A stretch of DNA of 61,479 nucleotides, counting the filler, from Chiloscyllium plagiosum (lineage: Eukaryota), in NCBI RefSeq assembly GCF_004010195.1. It is 4 parts of one record of this genome, joined end to end, with 100 filler letters (N's around TTAATTAATTAA, not from the genome) between each part and the next. Parts side by side here need not be neighbours in the genome. Positions count along the whole stretch, not along the records: positions 1 to 26,673 come from NC_057717.1; positions 26,774 to 48,182 come from NC_057717.1; 2 more parts are not named here. One strand, written 5' to 3'. Numbering within the stretch: position 1 is the stretch's first letter; each line of letters starts with the position of its first letter. The position numbers and the translations under genes were made by a program. Below the pieces are notes generated by a model, which had not been told where the DNA came from, did no database searches, and was given only the letters and a program-made list of their open reading frames with translations. Below are positions 26,211 to 38,850 of the stretch, piece by piece.

Positions 26211-26673
26211 TTCATTACTCTTCTGTCATCACCAATTCCTTTGTGGCCCTCAATTTATTTTCAGTTAAAAAAAATAAATCTCAATGATCGAGCTACTCTA
26301 AATATGAATAGAGCATTCCTGACATTGATGTGGGGCTGCAGAGCACAGCAGCCACAGAAGCAGAATTCACTCAATCCCAGTCTGTAACCGTTGCCACCCG
26401 CATGATCCCTCATTGTAACATTCCCATCAAGCTGATTTCTAGTTCAGTGACGAGTGTGGATGAGAATGCCAGAGTCATAAACATGTGTACCTAAAACTAG
26501 TGACAACCCGTAAAATCTACAGCACTTGCTTGATTACTTTCCAAACAGCAGAACTAAAATTTGATGGAGAGGGGTGAACTGATCCAAAACCAACAGAAAC
26601 GATCGAAACTCTGCAGACCTGTCCCATCCATTCATAAATGATGATCGACTATTAAGTGACGCACTGGAGGAGA

Positions 26674-26773
26674 NNNNNNNNNNNNNNNNNNNNNNNNNNN
26701 NNNNNNNNNNNNNNNNNTTAATTAATTAANNNNNNNNNNNNNNNNNNNNNNNNNNNNNNNNNNNNNNNNNNNN
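26674..26773. other. Artificial contig join: 44 N + TTAATTAATTAA + 44 N
   Basis: Identical 100-bp construct also at 48183-48282 and 58036-58135. Confidence 0.95.
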
Positions 26774-27038
26774 CGTATGGAGTCGGGTATTACAAGGGGG
26801 CATAGCTTTAAATTAAGGGGGGTAGATATAGGACTGAAGTTAGGGGTAGGTTCTTCACTCAGCGAGTCGTAAGTTCATGGAATGCCCTGCCAGTAGCAGT
26901 GGTGGACTCTCCCTCTTTATGGGCATTTAAGCGGGCATTGGATAGGTATATGGAGGATAGTGGGTTAGTATAGGTTAGGTGGGCTTGGATCGGCGCAACA
27001 TCGAGGGCCAAAGGGCCTGTACTGCGCTGTATTCTTCT
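26774..27038 (+). mobile_element. CR1 3' end
   Basis: TRGHSFKLRG...FFTQRVVSSWNALP then a 3' UTR gggccaaagggcctgtactgcgctgta. Confidence 0.85.
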
Positions 27039-27189
27039 AAGAATGCAATACTTCAGCAGCAGAGAACTCGCATAGAGCGAGTTCCATATTAGATTTAAAG
27101 TTGGAGACGTCCATTAACAAATCTAAGAATGGCGTGAAAGAAGCTGTTCTTGAATCTATTGGTCCCTGCATATAACCTTTCGCATCTTC

Positions 27190-28700
27190 TACTTGATGGA
27201 AGACGCTGGAAGAGCTTATATCCATGGTGGGAGGTGATGATGTTGGCTGCCTTCCCTTGGCAGCAAGAAATCTAGATTAGGTCACTGGTTAGCAAGGTTG
27301 GCTTGCATGATGAACTGGGCTGTGTTCACAGCTCTTTAATGTATTATATTTCTGGGCAGAGTAATTGCCATACCGAGCTGTGTGGCATCCGGAAATAATT
27401 GTAGTGTATCTATTAAAATTAGTAAATATTCTTTCCAGGCATGCCGAATTTGTTGTGCTTTCTTGATAGTAGTATCAACGTGCGAGTACTAGGATCGCCA
27501 ATCCTATGAACTAAATGCACTCAACCATCTCCACCTCAGCAGAATTAATGTAGTTGGGATGTGCCCTCCACATTGCTTTATGAAGGCAATAGCCAACTCT
27601 TTAATTTTGATGACATTCGGGAGATGTTATCGTTATATCATGCCACCAAGCACTGCACTTCTTTCCTGTTTTCTGTCTCATCATTGCTGCCATCCAATTT
27701 AGAAAAGTGGAGTAATCAGTGAAGTTGTAGACGGAGTCAGAACGGAATTTGATCACTCGGTCATGAGTGGATACCAAGTATAATAAGAGGCTGAATATGC
27801 AGCACCGGTGTTGAAGATTATTGTGGAAATTATGTCGCTGCCTATCTCACTGAATCCAATCTCTCATATGGAAGCCAAGGTTCCAGTGGCAGAGGGCGGA
27901 ACAGAGACCAAGAACTCAGAGTTTGGAATCATAGTTTTGAAGGCAGATCTGTCGTCAATAAGTAGGAGCGGAACATAGTTATCCAGATGTTGCAGGGATG
28001 ATGTATGTCTGGGGAAATGGCCATGGAACTGCTGTGATCGTAGTTGAATTTCAAGGGATCAAGGCAGATTTGATATGTGTCATGAATAATCTCTCGAATC
28101 ACTTTATAATTATGGATGTCAGGGCCACCGGGTGGTAGTCGTTAAGGCACACTGCATGAATTTACTTTGGTGTGGAGGAGCCGGTGTTGGACTGGGTGGA
28201 CAAAGTAAAATATCACAGAACTACAGGTTATAGTCCAACAGGTTACTTTGAGAGTTGTGGCTTTTGAGTGCTGCTCCTTTGTCAGGCGAGTAGTAATCCA
28301 ATGAAGAAGTAGTTCTCTGACAGTGTGCACTTTCAAATAAACCTGTTGGACGATATCCTGGTGTTGTATAATTTTAACTGAGTTTTCTTTGGCACTGGTT
28401 TGGTGGTGTTCTTCTTGAAGACTTCGGCTTGTAGGAAGGAAAGGTTATAAATCGCAGCAAATGCTTGTGCCAGCTGGAACACGAAGTATCTGAGTACACC
28501 ATCAGGGTCTCCATCTGGGCTCGTCATGTTCCATGGGTTCACTCTCAAAAAGGCCGATCTGACATCTGCAACGGAGACTGAGGGAACGGGTCCATCCGAG
28601 ACTGTTGGGGCAGATCACATTGTTTGTCTAACAATCTATTCGAAACAAGTGTAAAATGTATTGAGCGGAACAGGGAAGAATATGCTTTTGTTTGCCATTC
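27190..28700 (-). mobile_element. Rex1/Babar-type LINE RT remnant, interrupted at about 28168-28380
   Basis: VNPWNMTSPDGDPDGVLRYFVFQLAQAFAAIYNLSFLQAEVFKKNTTKPVPKK and HLDNYVPLLLIDDRSAFKTMIP match Rex1 RT consensus segments. Confidence 0.75.
28168..28380. mobile_element. Second fold-back element type (probably Penelope terminal-repeat derived), degenerate
   Basis: caggttatagtccaacaggtt is inverted relative to aacctgttggacgatatcctg. Minus strand CTGACAA-AGGAGC-agc-ACTC-AAAAGC resembles a decayed hammerhead. Confidence 0.6.
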
Positions 28701-30299
28701 TGATTTGTTTGCTTTGTAACTCAGTATGTTGTGTAAGCCTTGTCACAAACAGCAGGTATCTGTTTCTCTTCATAATGTAAAATACCACTTTTAGACTTTT
28801 TTCTAAATAAAAACAAATTAGCCAGTTTATATTATTGCAAAACTTAAAAATTCTGAGTTCTGACATAGCCACGTTGATGGCGAGATATAAAAGACAACTG
28901 AAGCCAAAGTGGTGTGTCATAACATACAGAGCAGAAGTACCGAAACGAATACAGGCCGAGGAAATGAAATAAAGATAACTCTCATCTGCAAGAAAGACTT
29001 GCAAATACGGCACAGTCGAAAATGGAGACGAGATGTGGGGAAGGTCCAAGATAATTAAGTTAAAAGAAGATGAACGGGTTTTGAGGTGTCACTGAAATGA
29101 ATTGTTTGGACTTTTCTTGATCAATTATCTCTGCAACACAATCAGATTGGAAGTTTAATGTAGAGCGTCAGTGTGGCATGATTGGCATTTTGAATATTTA
29201 GATCAAAATGGAGGTTAATAGAGGAAAGTTATGCAAAACAATGTAAAAGATTTGATTCCAAATACATTATTGATTTTAAATATATAAAAATGCAATTCGT
29301 TTAAAATGGTTATATGAATATGAAGGGTGAAGAGGGATATGGGCCAAATTCTGGCAAATGGGATTAGATTAGGTTGGGATATCTGGTCGGCATTGATGTC
29401 TTGGATCGAAGGGTGTGTTTCCGTGTTGTTCATCTCCATGTGAAGAAAATAGGTAGAGGAGAGAAAATAAAAAATACGTCTGTCTGTTTGAGCCTGTTTG
29501 ATTGGATAGGCGTAGTGAAGATTATTCAATTTATAGGAGTTCATCATTACGAAGCATAAATACAAAGATTTAGAAGAGGTAATCGTTTATTCTAAAATAT
29601 GCCAAAGAGTAAGAAAATCTCCATGGGATGAACACATAATCCTTAAATAATTATACAGGTTAAAGGTAGAATCAAACTTAAATGAAAATAATGTAATGGA
29701 GGAAGATGAGATGATTGGACATAATGTTTTAAAAAATAGGAAAGAATGACCAAAAAATAATTTGGAGAGGAAAATTAGAGTATGAGTGAAAGGTAGTCAG
29801 AAATAAAAGAACAGAGCTTTACAGTCATTCCATATATTTTAGAAAAGTTAATAAACTGAGTGTCTTTCCCATAGTAATTAAATGTGCCCACGTCATAACG
29901 GAAAATAAGCAAAATCGATTAATTGGACAGAAATTTGACGTTGCTCTTCATTCTAGAGGCTATTGCTAAAAAAAGTCATAAACCAGGAAGTGGCAGAAAA
30001 ATTACAAAATTGTAGAATAGTTACTTCGTAAATTGTTGAAATTGTGGACTACCAAATACCTTGTGTTATAGACTTCATCCTCGGGTTTAAAATAGCAGCT
30101 AGTAGGATCCTTGATGTATTAGTTTTAATTTTCTGGCTCCTTTGATTGAGCGAAGATCTTAGTAGATTGGAAGGTAGAAAACATAATTCCTCATTTCATC
30201 AGATGATGTGAGAATTTGTGCAGTTTAGCAGTAAATGTGAGAATTGGACTACTGGATGGGAGAATTAGAGTAGCGCACCCCTAAACGGGAGAATTGGGT

Positions 30300-33225
30300 T
30301 TGTGTACTCTGTCAGTTCTCAAACAATCTCGCAGCACTGATTCTCTGACAAGTCACTGCCTCAGGACGAAACCTCAGACAATAAGACTCTTCATCACTTA
30401 TGACCCTCTGACACTGAAACAATCCCTCAGTAATAAACCTCTGACAGTGATGCAACATCACAGTACTGACCCTCTAATTGTGAAGCACTCCCTCAATTGT
30501 TGAATATGGGTCAGTTAGGGTTAACCCTAAGCCTAACCCTAACCCTCAATTCTGAACCCATTAAAAGAGGCACTGGCTGAGTATTTACTCGTTGTTACTA
30601 ATGCACTCCCTCCGTGCTGTGGGATTGTTTGAGGACCCAAGCCTGATTCTCTCATTTAGGAGTGCTCGACTCTAATTGTTCCATCCAGTATCGTCCTTCA
30701 CCAATTCTCCCATTTAATGCAAAACTGCACAAATTCTGATCCCATTACAAAGAGGCACTGGCTGAGTATTGACCCGCTGTTACTAATGCACTCCATAAGC
30801 GCCTCCGTGGAATGAGGTCAGAATTCAGGGCTGCGTCATGCTTAGAGGGTGAGGACAGAGGCAGCTCTGAAGCGCCGTCGGAGGGTTTTTACTGAGGGAG
30901 TACTTCTTTTTCAGAGAGTCATAACTGAAGGAGTGCCTTATTTTCAGAGTTTCTGTCTGGCACAAGTGAAATAAGTGACGTCGTCACAATTAAGCGAACA
31001 GTACTTTGGGTACTACAGCTTTACCATCGGGTCGGTCCTGAGGGAGTTCGGGAATAGCAGTACTGAAGTATTGCCTCTTTTAGGGAATCCCTACAGTGTG
31101 GAAACAGGCCATTTGGCTCAACAAATTCGCACCAACCCCCCAAATAATAACCCACCCAGCAAAGGTTCCCTACCCTATTAGTAAACATTAACCACTGACG
31201 AATGCACATAACCTATATATCCCTGAACACTATGCGCAAATTGAGAAAGCCAATTCACTGACACTGTATATATTTGGATTGTGGAATAATATCGTAACAC
31301 GTGGAGGAAATCCAAGCAGACACGGTGCAATTGTGCAAGGTCCACGCAGACAGTCGCCCCGGGCTCCTTTTTTTATGTTGGTCAGTAATGAAGGGGTGCC
31401 TCAATGGCACAGAGTCAGTTTCGGCAATGTCTCTTTCTTTTTACTGGTTCAGTAATGAGGAAGTCTCTCGTTGTCACAGGGTGAGAAATAAGGGATTGCA
31501 TGAGAGACAGGGTGTCAATACTCACCCAGTCCCTCCTTGGAATGTGGTCAGAATTGTCAGATTCAGCACCAATGAATTGCACCACTGTCAGAAGTTCGGT
31601 TCTGAGGGAGGGCCTCATTGTTAGAGAGTCAGACCCGAAGAAGTGCCTGATTAAAAGGGGGTCAGAACTGAGGAGATACCTCACCATTCTTGAATCAGCA
31701 CGGAGGGACCTCCTCAGCTCCATCACAGGGTAGATACCGAGTTTCTTGTTGTCAGAGTCAGTTATTAATAGTTGATTACTTGTCTGAGTGTCAATAATAA
31801 GGCAGTGTCTCAATGTAAGGGAGCCAGAATTGAGAGTGTCACACATTTAAAGCGTCATTTGTGAGGTACTGCAGCTCTGCCAGGAGGCCAGGATTGAGGT
31901 TGTACTGTCCTGCCAGAGGGTCAGTACTGGGGAAAATGCCTTAGGATCAGACAATAAATACTGAGAAGCTGCATCATTGCCAGAGACTGTCAGCACATCA
32001 TATTTTCAGACTTTTTCTTCTGAGTCCCTGCCTCGATGTAATGGGGTCAGAATGGAAGGAGTGATGTATGATTATAGGCCTGAGGACTGAGGGAAAGCAA
32101 CACTGGCAGGGAGTCGGTTCTGAGGGAGGGCCTGCTTATCTGCGTGGGTGCCCTCAAGAAATGAATCATTTTAAAGGTGTATCAAATGAGGGTGTGTCTC
32201 GTGATTTGATCGTCAGTACTGGGAAGTTGCAGATCGATCAGAGGGTCAGTACTGAGGGGCTGCCTCTTTGTTGGAGGTTCACTTCTGACGGAGAGCCTCA
32301 TTATCAACATGGCAGTGTTGGGAAAGGGAGTGCAGTATTGTCAGATGACCAGTGGGGTAATGAGGTCAGATTGTTCTTGTGTCTCATGAATAAAGATCTG
32401 CACTGAGGTGCTGCAGCTCTGTCAGAGAGGCAGTTCTGAAGGAGGGCCTCATTGTCAGAGGATCACGTTGAGCCGGTGTCTCATTTGAATTGGGTCAGAA
32501 TTGAGGGAATGCCACATGTTTCTCGGATTAGTCCTGAGGTCGTGCAGCACTGTCTGCCAGTCAATCGTGAGGGAATGCCTCATTGTCAGAAGGCTGGTTT
32601 GAGGCAATGCTTCTTTAGCAGAGGGTGAGCACCTTTCGTGCTGACCCACAGACAGTGCAGCACTAACTCAGTACTAACTCTCTGTCAGTGCAACACTCCC
32701 TCAGTAATGACTCTCTGACAGTGCAGCACTCCCTCAGTATTGGCTCTCCAACAGTGCGGCACTACTCACAACTGACTTTTCGACAGTGCGGCACTCCCTC
32801 TGTTTTTAAACTCCGACAGTGCAGAACTCCTTCATTACTAAGTCAGACAGTGCAGCTCTCCCTCAGTGCTGAATCACCGACAGTGCAGCATTCCTTCATG
32901 ACTAGCTCTGGCAGTGCAGTACTCCCTCCGTACTGACTCCGACAGTGCAGAATTACCTCCGTGCTGACTCTCTGAGAGTGCAGCACTCCCTCAGTACCAA
33001 TTCTCTTACAGTGCAGCAAACCATTAGTACTGAGTCTCTGAAAATGCAGCATCTCCTCAGTGCTGACACCAGACGCTGTGCCACTGTCAGAGGAACAGAA
33101 CAGTAGGAATGTTTTATTTCGAGCGGATACGTGCTGAGGAACTGCCTGATTGTTGAAGGGTGAATTCTAAGATAGTTCCTGCTTTCCAGAGTGTCAGATC
33201 TGAGGTAGTGTAAAAGTCAGAGAAT
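30300..33225. repeat. Degenerate ~32-bp satellite (CTGACAGTGCAGCACTCCCTCAGTACTGACTCT-like) with orientation switches
   Basis: Clearest at 32650-33070; reverse orientation at 30800-32630. Further tracts at 34920-35220 and 38870-39570, and in the duplicate (51380-54310). Confidence 0.85.
31088..31365 (-). mobile_element. HE1-type tRNA-derived SINE, 5'-truncated (paralog about 52160-52440)
   Basis: aatccctacagtgtggaaacaggccatttggc tail and body homologous to the + strand SINE at 33230. Confidence 0.75.
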
Positions 33226-33229
33226 GTCA

Positions 33230-33572
33230 ATAGCTTGGCTCAGTATTTAGCACTGCTGCGTCACAACGCCATGGACCGTATTTCAATTCTCGCCTCGGAA
33301 AACGATCTGTGTAATTTGCACATTCTCGCCATGTCTGCGTTGGTTTCCTTCGGATTCTCCGGTTTCCTCTCATAATCCAAAGATGCACTTTTGGTGAATT
33401 GGCCACCCTAAATTCTCCATATTGTTCATGGATCTATGGGATATTTGCATTCTTCACGGTTAGAAATTGAGTAATAGCATAGGGAAACGGTTCTCGATGG
33501 GTTACTCTTCGGAGAGTCTGTGTGGACTTTGTTGGGCCTCATGGTCTGTTTCCACACTGAAACGGATTCCAT
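33230..33572 (+). mobile_element. HE1-type tRNA-derived SINE (paralog about 54319-54645)
   Basis: tggctcagtatttagcactgctgcgtcac (A box), degenerate B box, body tttgcacattctc...gtctgcgttggtttcc and CR1-like tail ggtctgtttccacactg. Confidence 0.8.
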
Positions 33573-33714
33573 AAATATTGAGTCACTGCCTCATTCTAAG
33601 AGAGTCAGAGGGAGCTAAACAATTATAAGGTCCGCACAAGGGATCTATCTCATTGTCTGATGGTTAATACTGTGGCACTGCCTCTGTACTAGTGTCACAC
33701 GGAGGCAGTGTCAC

Positions 33715-34918
33715 CGGGGACCCAGAGGATTTGGTGTAACTAGATTTCGAAAAGTCATTCGGCAAGGTGCCGCACGTGAGACTGCTGCAAAAGATAAATA
33801 TGCATGGTTCTAGGCGAAGTGTATTCGCATGGATAGAAGATTGGTTTACTGACAGGAAGCAAAGAGTGGGATAATGTGTGGTATACTGGCTGGCAATCTG
33901 TGACGAGTGCTGTGCCTCAGTGGTCAGTGCTGGGACCACAATTATTTACAAATTATATCGATGGTTTGAAATTGGGTATCACATGTAAAAAATTGCCGAT
34001 GGCACTAAGATGAGTGATAAGGAAAGTGTGCAGAAGACTGTGAATCTTTTCAGAGGAACATAGATACGTTGAGTGAGGAAGCAAATGGAATACAAATTTT
34101 GTAAACGCGAATTCATACATTTTGGTCGGAGTAACAGCAAAATAAGTTAGTACACGAATGGTAAACGTTGTAACATGCTGATACGCAGAGGGACTTGGGT
34201 GGTATTGTGCATAACTCACAGGAGATTGTTCGGGAGGTGCAACAAGTAATTTGGAAGGCAAATACAATTTTGGCCTTCATTATGAGAGGGGTTGAGTTTA
34301 AAAGCAGAGAGGTAATCTCTAGCCGTACATTGTGCTGGTGAGGACGCAGCTGGAGTGGTATGTGCAGATTTGGTATACTTATTTACGAAAAAAGGTGGCA
34401 CTTGTGGGGGTGCAAAGGAGGTTCACTAAGTTGATTCAGGAGTTGAGTGGTTTAGTTTTGGAGGAGAGGCTGAGAAGATTGAGATTATACTCATTGGAAT
34501 TCAGGAGAATGAGGTGGAATCGTATAGAAGCATATAAAATTATGAAGGGAGTGGATAAAATAGAAATTGATAATAGGTTTCCACTGATGAGTGAAACTAG
34601 GACGAGAGAGCATCGCCTCACGATTAGAAGAAGCAGGTTTAGAACTGAACTGAGAAAGAACATCTTCACCCAGAGGATTGTTAATCTATCTAATTCCTTA
34701 CCCAGGAAATTAGTTACCACTACTGCGGTAATTACTTTTAAAGGTAAGGTACATACTTTGTTTGGAAAATAATGGAATTAAATGATATGGTAAAAAAGAA
34801 ACTCAGTTAGGTGGAGGTGAGTCCATAAAAATGATTAGCCATGACCTTATTGAGTGGCGAAACAGGGTTGAAGGGCCGGACCGCCTACTGCAGCTACTAG
34901 ATCTTATGTTCTTATGTT
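33715..34918 (+). mobile_element. CR1 RT 3' remnant (paralog about 54790-55995)
   Basis: LDFEKSFGKVPH, and ORF 34332..34772 with VQRRFTKLI...RLYSLEFRRMR...IFTQRIVNL. Confidence 0.85.
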
Positions 34919-35224
34919 TCAATTGGAGAGTCTGGACTGATTTGCTGCTTTTTAGTTCTGTCAGTTGGTCATTACTGAAGGATTTTCTCATTGCCAAGGC
35001 GCGAGCATTGAGTTATTGAAGCACTGTCAGAGCACCGGTACTCAGGCATTGCAACACAATCAGAGAATCAAAGCTGTAGCACTGCATAATTGCCAGAGAT
35101 CAATACTGAGGCAATGCCACATTGTAAGAGTGTCAGCATTCACCGAGTGCCAAACGATAACGTGTTCAGTACTAGGATGCCACAGCACTATCAACAGGTC
35201 AATTGTAGGTCAATGCCACATTGT

Positions 35225-38200
35225 CAATAGACAATAGGTGCAGGAGTAAGCCATTCTGCCTTTCGAGCCTGTGCCACAAATCAATATGATCAGTATCCTG
35301 TTCCTGCCTTATCTCCATTACCCTTGATTCCACTATCCTTGAGAGCTCTATCCAACTCTTTCTGACATGAATACAGAAAATGGGCTTCCACTGCCCTCTG
35401 GGGAAGATCATTCCACATAGCTACCACTCTCTGGGTGAAGAAGTTTCTCCTCATCTCTGTCCTTATTTTTAAGCTGTGTCCTGTGGTTCGGCACTCACGC
35501 ATCAGCGGAAATATGTTTCCTGCCGCCAGAGTGTCCAAACCTTTAATGATCTTATATGTCTCAATAAGATCCCCTCACAGTCTTCTAAACTCAAGGGTAT
35601 ACAAGCACAGTCGCTCCAGCCCTTCAGTGTAAGGTAACCCCACCATTCCAGGAATTGACCTCGTGAACCTACGCTGCACTCCTTCAATAATCAGAATGTC
35701 TTTCCTCAAATTTGGAGACCAGAACTGCACACAGTACACCAGGTGTGGTCTCACCAGGGCGCTGTACAGCTGCAGAAGAACCTCTTTGATTCTATACTCA
35801 ATCCCTCTTTTTATGAACGCCAGCATTCTATTAGCCTTCTTCATTACCTGCTGTACCTGCATGCTTACCTTCATTGTCTGGTGTACAAGAACACCCAGAT
35901 CCCCTGTACTACAGCCTTACCTAAATTGATTCCATTTAGGTAGTAATCTGCCTTCCAGTTCTTGCCACCAAGTGGATAACCATACATTTATCCGCATTGA
36001 ACTGCATCTGCCATGCATCTGACCACTCACCAAACTTGTCCAGGTCACCCTGTAATCTCCTAATGTCCTCATCAGATTTCACGCTGCCATCCAGATTAGT
36101 ATCATTAGCAAATTTGCCAATGTTATTGCTCATACCATCTTCTATAGCATTAACATATATTGTAAAAAGCTGTGGTCTAAGTACTGATCCCTGCGGTGTC
36201 CCAATGGTCACTGCCTGCCATTTTGAAATGGAGCCGTTTGTCACTCCTCTTTGTTTCCTATCAGCCAACCAACTTTCAATCCAAGTTAGTACTTTGCCCC
36301 CAATACCATGCGCCCTAATTTTGCGCACTAACCTCCTATGTGGGACTTTATCAAAAGCTTTCTGAAAGTCCAGATACACCACATATACTGGATCTCCCTC
36401 GTCCATCTTCAGAGTTACATCCTCAAAAAAATCCAGAAGATTAGTCAAGCATGATTTCCCCTTCATAAATCCATGCTGACTCTGACCTATCCTGTTACTA
36501 CTATCTCGATGTGTCGGAATTTAATCCTTTATAATAGACTCCAGCATCTTTCCCACCACTGATGTTAGACTAACTGGTCGATAATTTCCTGCTTTCTGTC
36601 TCCCACCTTTCTTAAAAAGTGGTATAACATTAGCCACCCTCCAATCCTCAGGAACCGATCCCGAATCTATCGAACTCTGGAAAATAATCATCAATGCATC
36701 CACGATTTCTCGAGCCACCTCGTTTATTACCCTGTGATATAGACAATCAGTCCCTGGGGACTTATGAACCTTCAGACCTAACAGTCTCTCCAACATCAAT
36801 TCCTGGCAAATATAAATTCCCTTAAGTTCGGGTCCTTCAGCCACTGTTACCTCAGGGGGATTGCTTGTGTCTTCCCCAGTGAACACAGATCTGAAGTACC
36901 AATTCAATTATTCTGCCATTTCTTTGTTCCCCGTAATATATTCCGCTGTTTCTGTCTTCAAGGGCCCAATTTCAGTCTTCACCATTGTTTTGCTTTTCAC
37001 ATACCTAAAAAGGCGTTTACTATCCTCCTTTATATTATTGGCCAGTTTACCTTCGTACCTCATTTTTTTCTCTGCGAATTTCCTTCTTAGTAATCCTCTG
37101 TTGTTCTTTAAAAGCTTCCCAGTCCTCCGTTTTTTAACTTGATATGTTTCTTAACTTCCCTCGTCAGCCACGGCCACCCATGCCTCCTCCTAGGATCTTT
37201 CTTCTTTTTTGGAATGAACTGATCCTGCAACTTCTGCATTATACACAGAAATATCTGCCATTGTTCCACCACTGCCATCCCTGTTAAGGTATTGCATCAT
37301 TGAAGTTTGGCCAGCTCCTCCCTCATAGCTCCATAGTTCCCTTTATTCAACAGAAATATTGTCACTTCCGATTGTACCCTCTCCCTCTCAAATTGCAGAT
37401 TGAACCTTATTGTATTATGGTCACTACTTACCAATGGCTCTTTCACTTCGAGGTTCCTGACCAATTCTGATTCGTTGCACAATACCAGATCAAGAATGGC
37501 CTTCTCCCTGGTCGGCTCCAGCACCAGCTGTTCTAAGAATCCATCTCGGAGGCACTCCACAACGTCTCTTTCTTGAGATCCAATACCATCCTGATTCTCC
37601 CAATTTACCTGCATGTTGAAATCCCTCATAACAACTGCGGTAACATCTTTGCGACAGGCCAATTTCAGCTCCTGATTCAACTTACATCCGACATCCAGAC
37701 TACTGTTTGGGGGCCTGTCGATGACTCCCAAAAAGGTCTTTTTATCCTTAGTATTTCTCAGCTCTATCCACACTGACTCTACGTCCCCGGATTCTAGGTC
37801 ACCCCGCGCAAGGGACTGAATATCATCCCTTACCATCATGGCCACCCCACCCCCTCTGCCCGTCAGTCTGTCCTTACGGTAGCACGTGTATCCTTGAATA
37901 TTCATTTCTCAGGCCCTATCCAATTGAAGCCACGTCTCAGTTATCCACACAATATCGTATCTGTCAATTTGCAAAAGAGACTCAAGCTCATCCATCTTAT
38001 TTCTAATACTTCGTGTATTTATGTATACTATTTTTAATTTGTTACTGCCCTCACCATTCCCATCAACTCCTATTTCACTCAACCTTACAGCATGGTCCAT
38101 TTCTGAGTATTCTGCCTCATTGATACAGTTGTCTTTCATGACTTCTCTTGTTCTAACTTTCCCTTCAATTTTCTTCTTAAACATGCAGTTTGACGCCTCC

Positions 38201-38850
38201 CGACCCCACCCCCCACCCCCCGGCTACGTGGTTTAAACGTAGCTCTGTTGCAGTAGCAAACCTGCCTGCCAGAATGCTGGTCCCTAACCTATTAAGGGGC
38301 AAACCGTCTCTCTTGTAGAATTTATGCTTACCACAAAATGAGGATTTCCTGCACTCTGTCTGTGATGTTTTTAACCCTGGCACCAGGAAGGCACACACAA
38401 TCCTTAAGTCCCGTCTGCTACCACAAAAACCACAGTGAGTTCCTCTCACTATGGAGTGCCTTATTACCACGGCTCTGTGCGATGTCCGACTCTTCCGCTC
38501 TGCCTCTGCGCCAACTTTTGATTGACAGACCTGGCCGCCTCGCGGACTGGCAGTGTCATCTGTCTCTACTGTTTCCAAAATATTCAACTTGTTCCTGACA
38601 GGTGCTTCTCCTCTCTGCCTTCCCCATTCTCATAACAATCACTCACCTTCCCGACCGGCTTTGCGCTCTGCCTTCACTTCCGCCCAGCTCCCGTTTCCAA
38701 AATATTAAACTTGTTTCGAACAGGTGCTTCTCCTCTCTGCCTTCCCCATTCTAATAACAATCACTCACCTTCCCGACCGGCTTTGCGCTCTGCCTTCACT
38801 TCCGACCAGCTCCCGCCGCTCTCTGATGCGAAAAGACCGTTAGCGTCGAG
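35225..38850 (-). mobile_element. Near full-length CR1 LINE with frameshifts (esterase-type ORF1 remnant, APE endonuclease, RT)
   Basis: ORF1 AVVIRHSIVRG...LNRLGTSILAGRF; endonuclease YINTRSIRNK, ITETWL, DRLTGRGGGV, SSDHN; RT NYRPVSLTSVVGK, YLDFQKAFDKVPH, PQGSVL, KFANDT; short (CTATTGT)n tail. Confidence 0.95.
38571..38814. repeat. Local tandem duplication, 122 bp x 2, at the CR1 5' end
   Basis: gtttccaaaatatt...cagctccc at 38571-38692 and 38693-38814. Confidence 0.9.

Larger units (their letters stand above)
28353..36931 (+). repeat. Segmental duplication, copy 1
   Basis: Colinear with 46798-48182 plus 50897-58035; 9 substitutions in a 180-bp sample (28381-28560 vs 46826-47005). Confidence 0.95.

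Noticed and set aside
38423..38437. RSS nonamer ACAAAAACC overlapping heptamer CACAGTG
   Set aside because: Wrong order, no 12/23 spacer, inside CR1 ORF1, and no V/D/J segment nearby.
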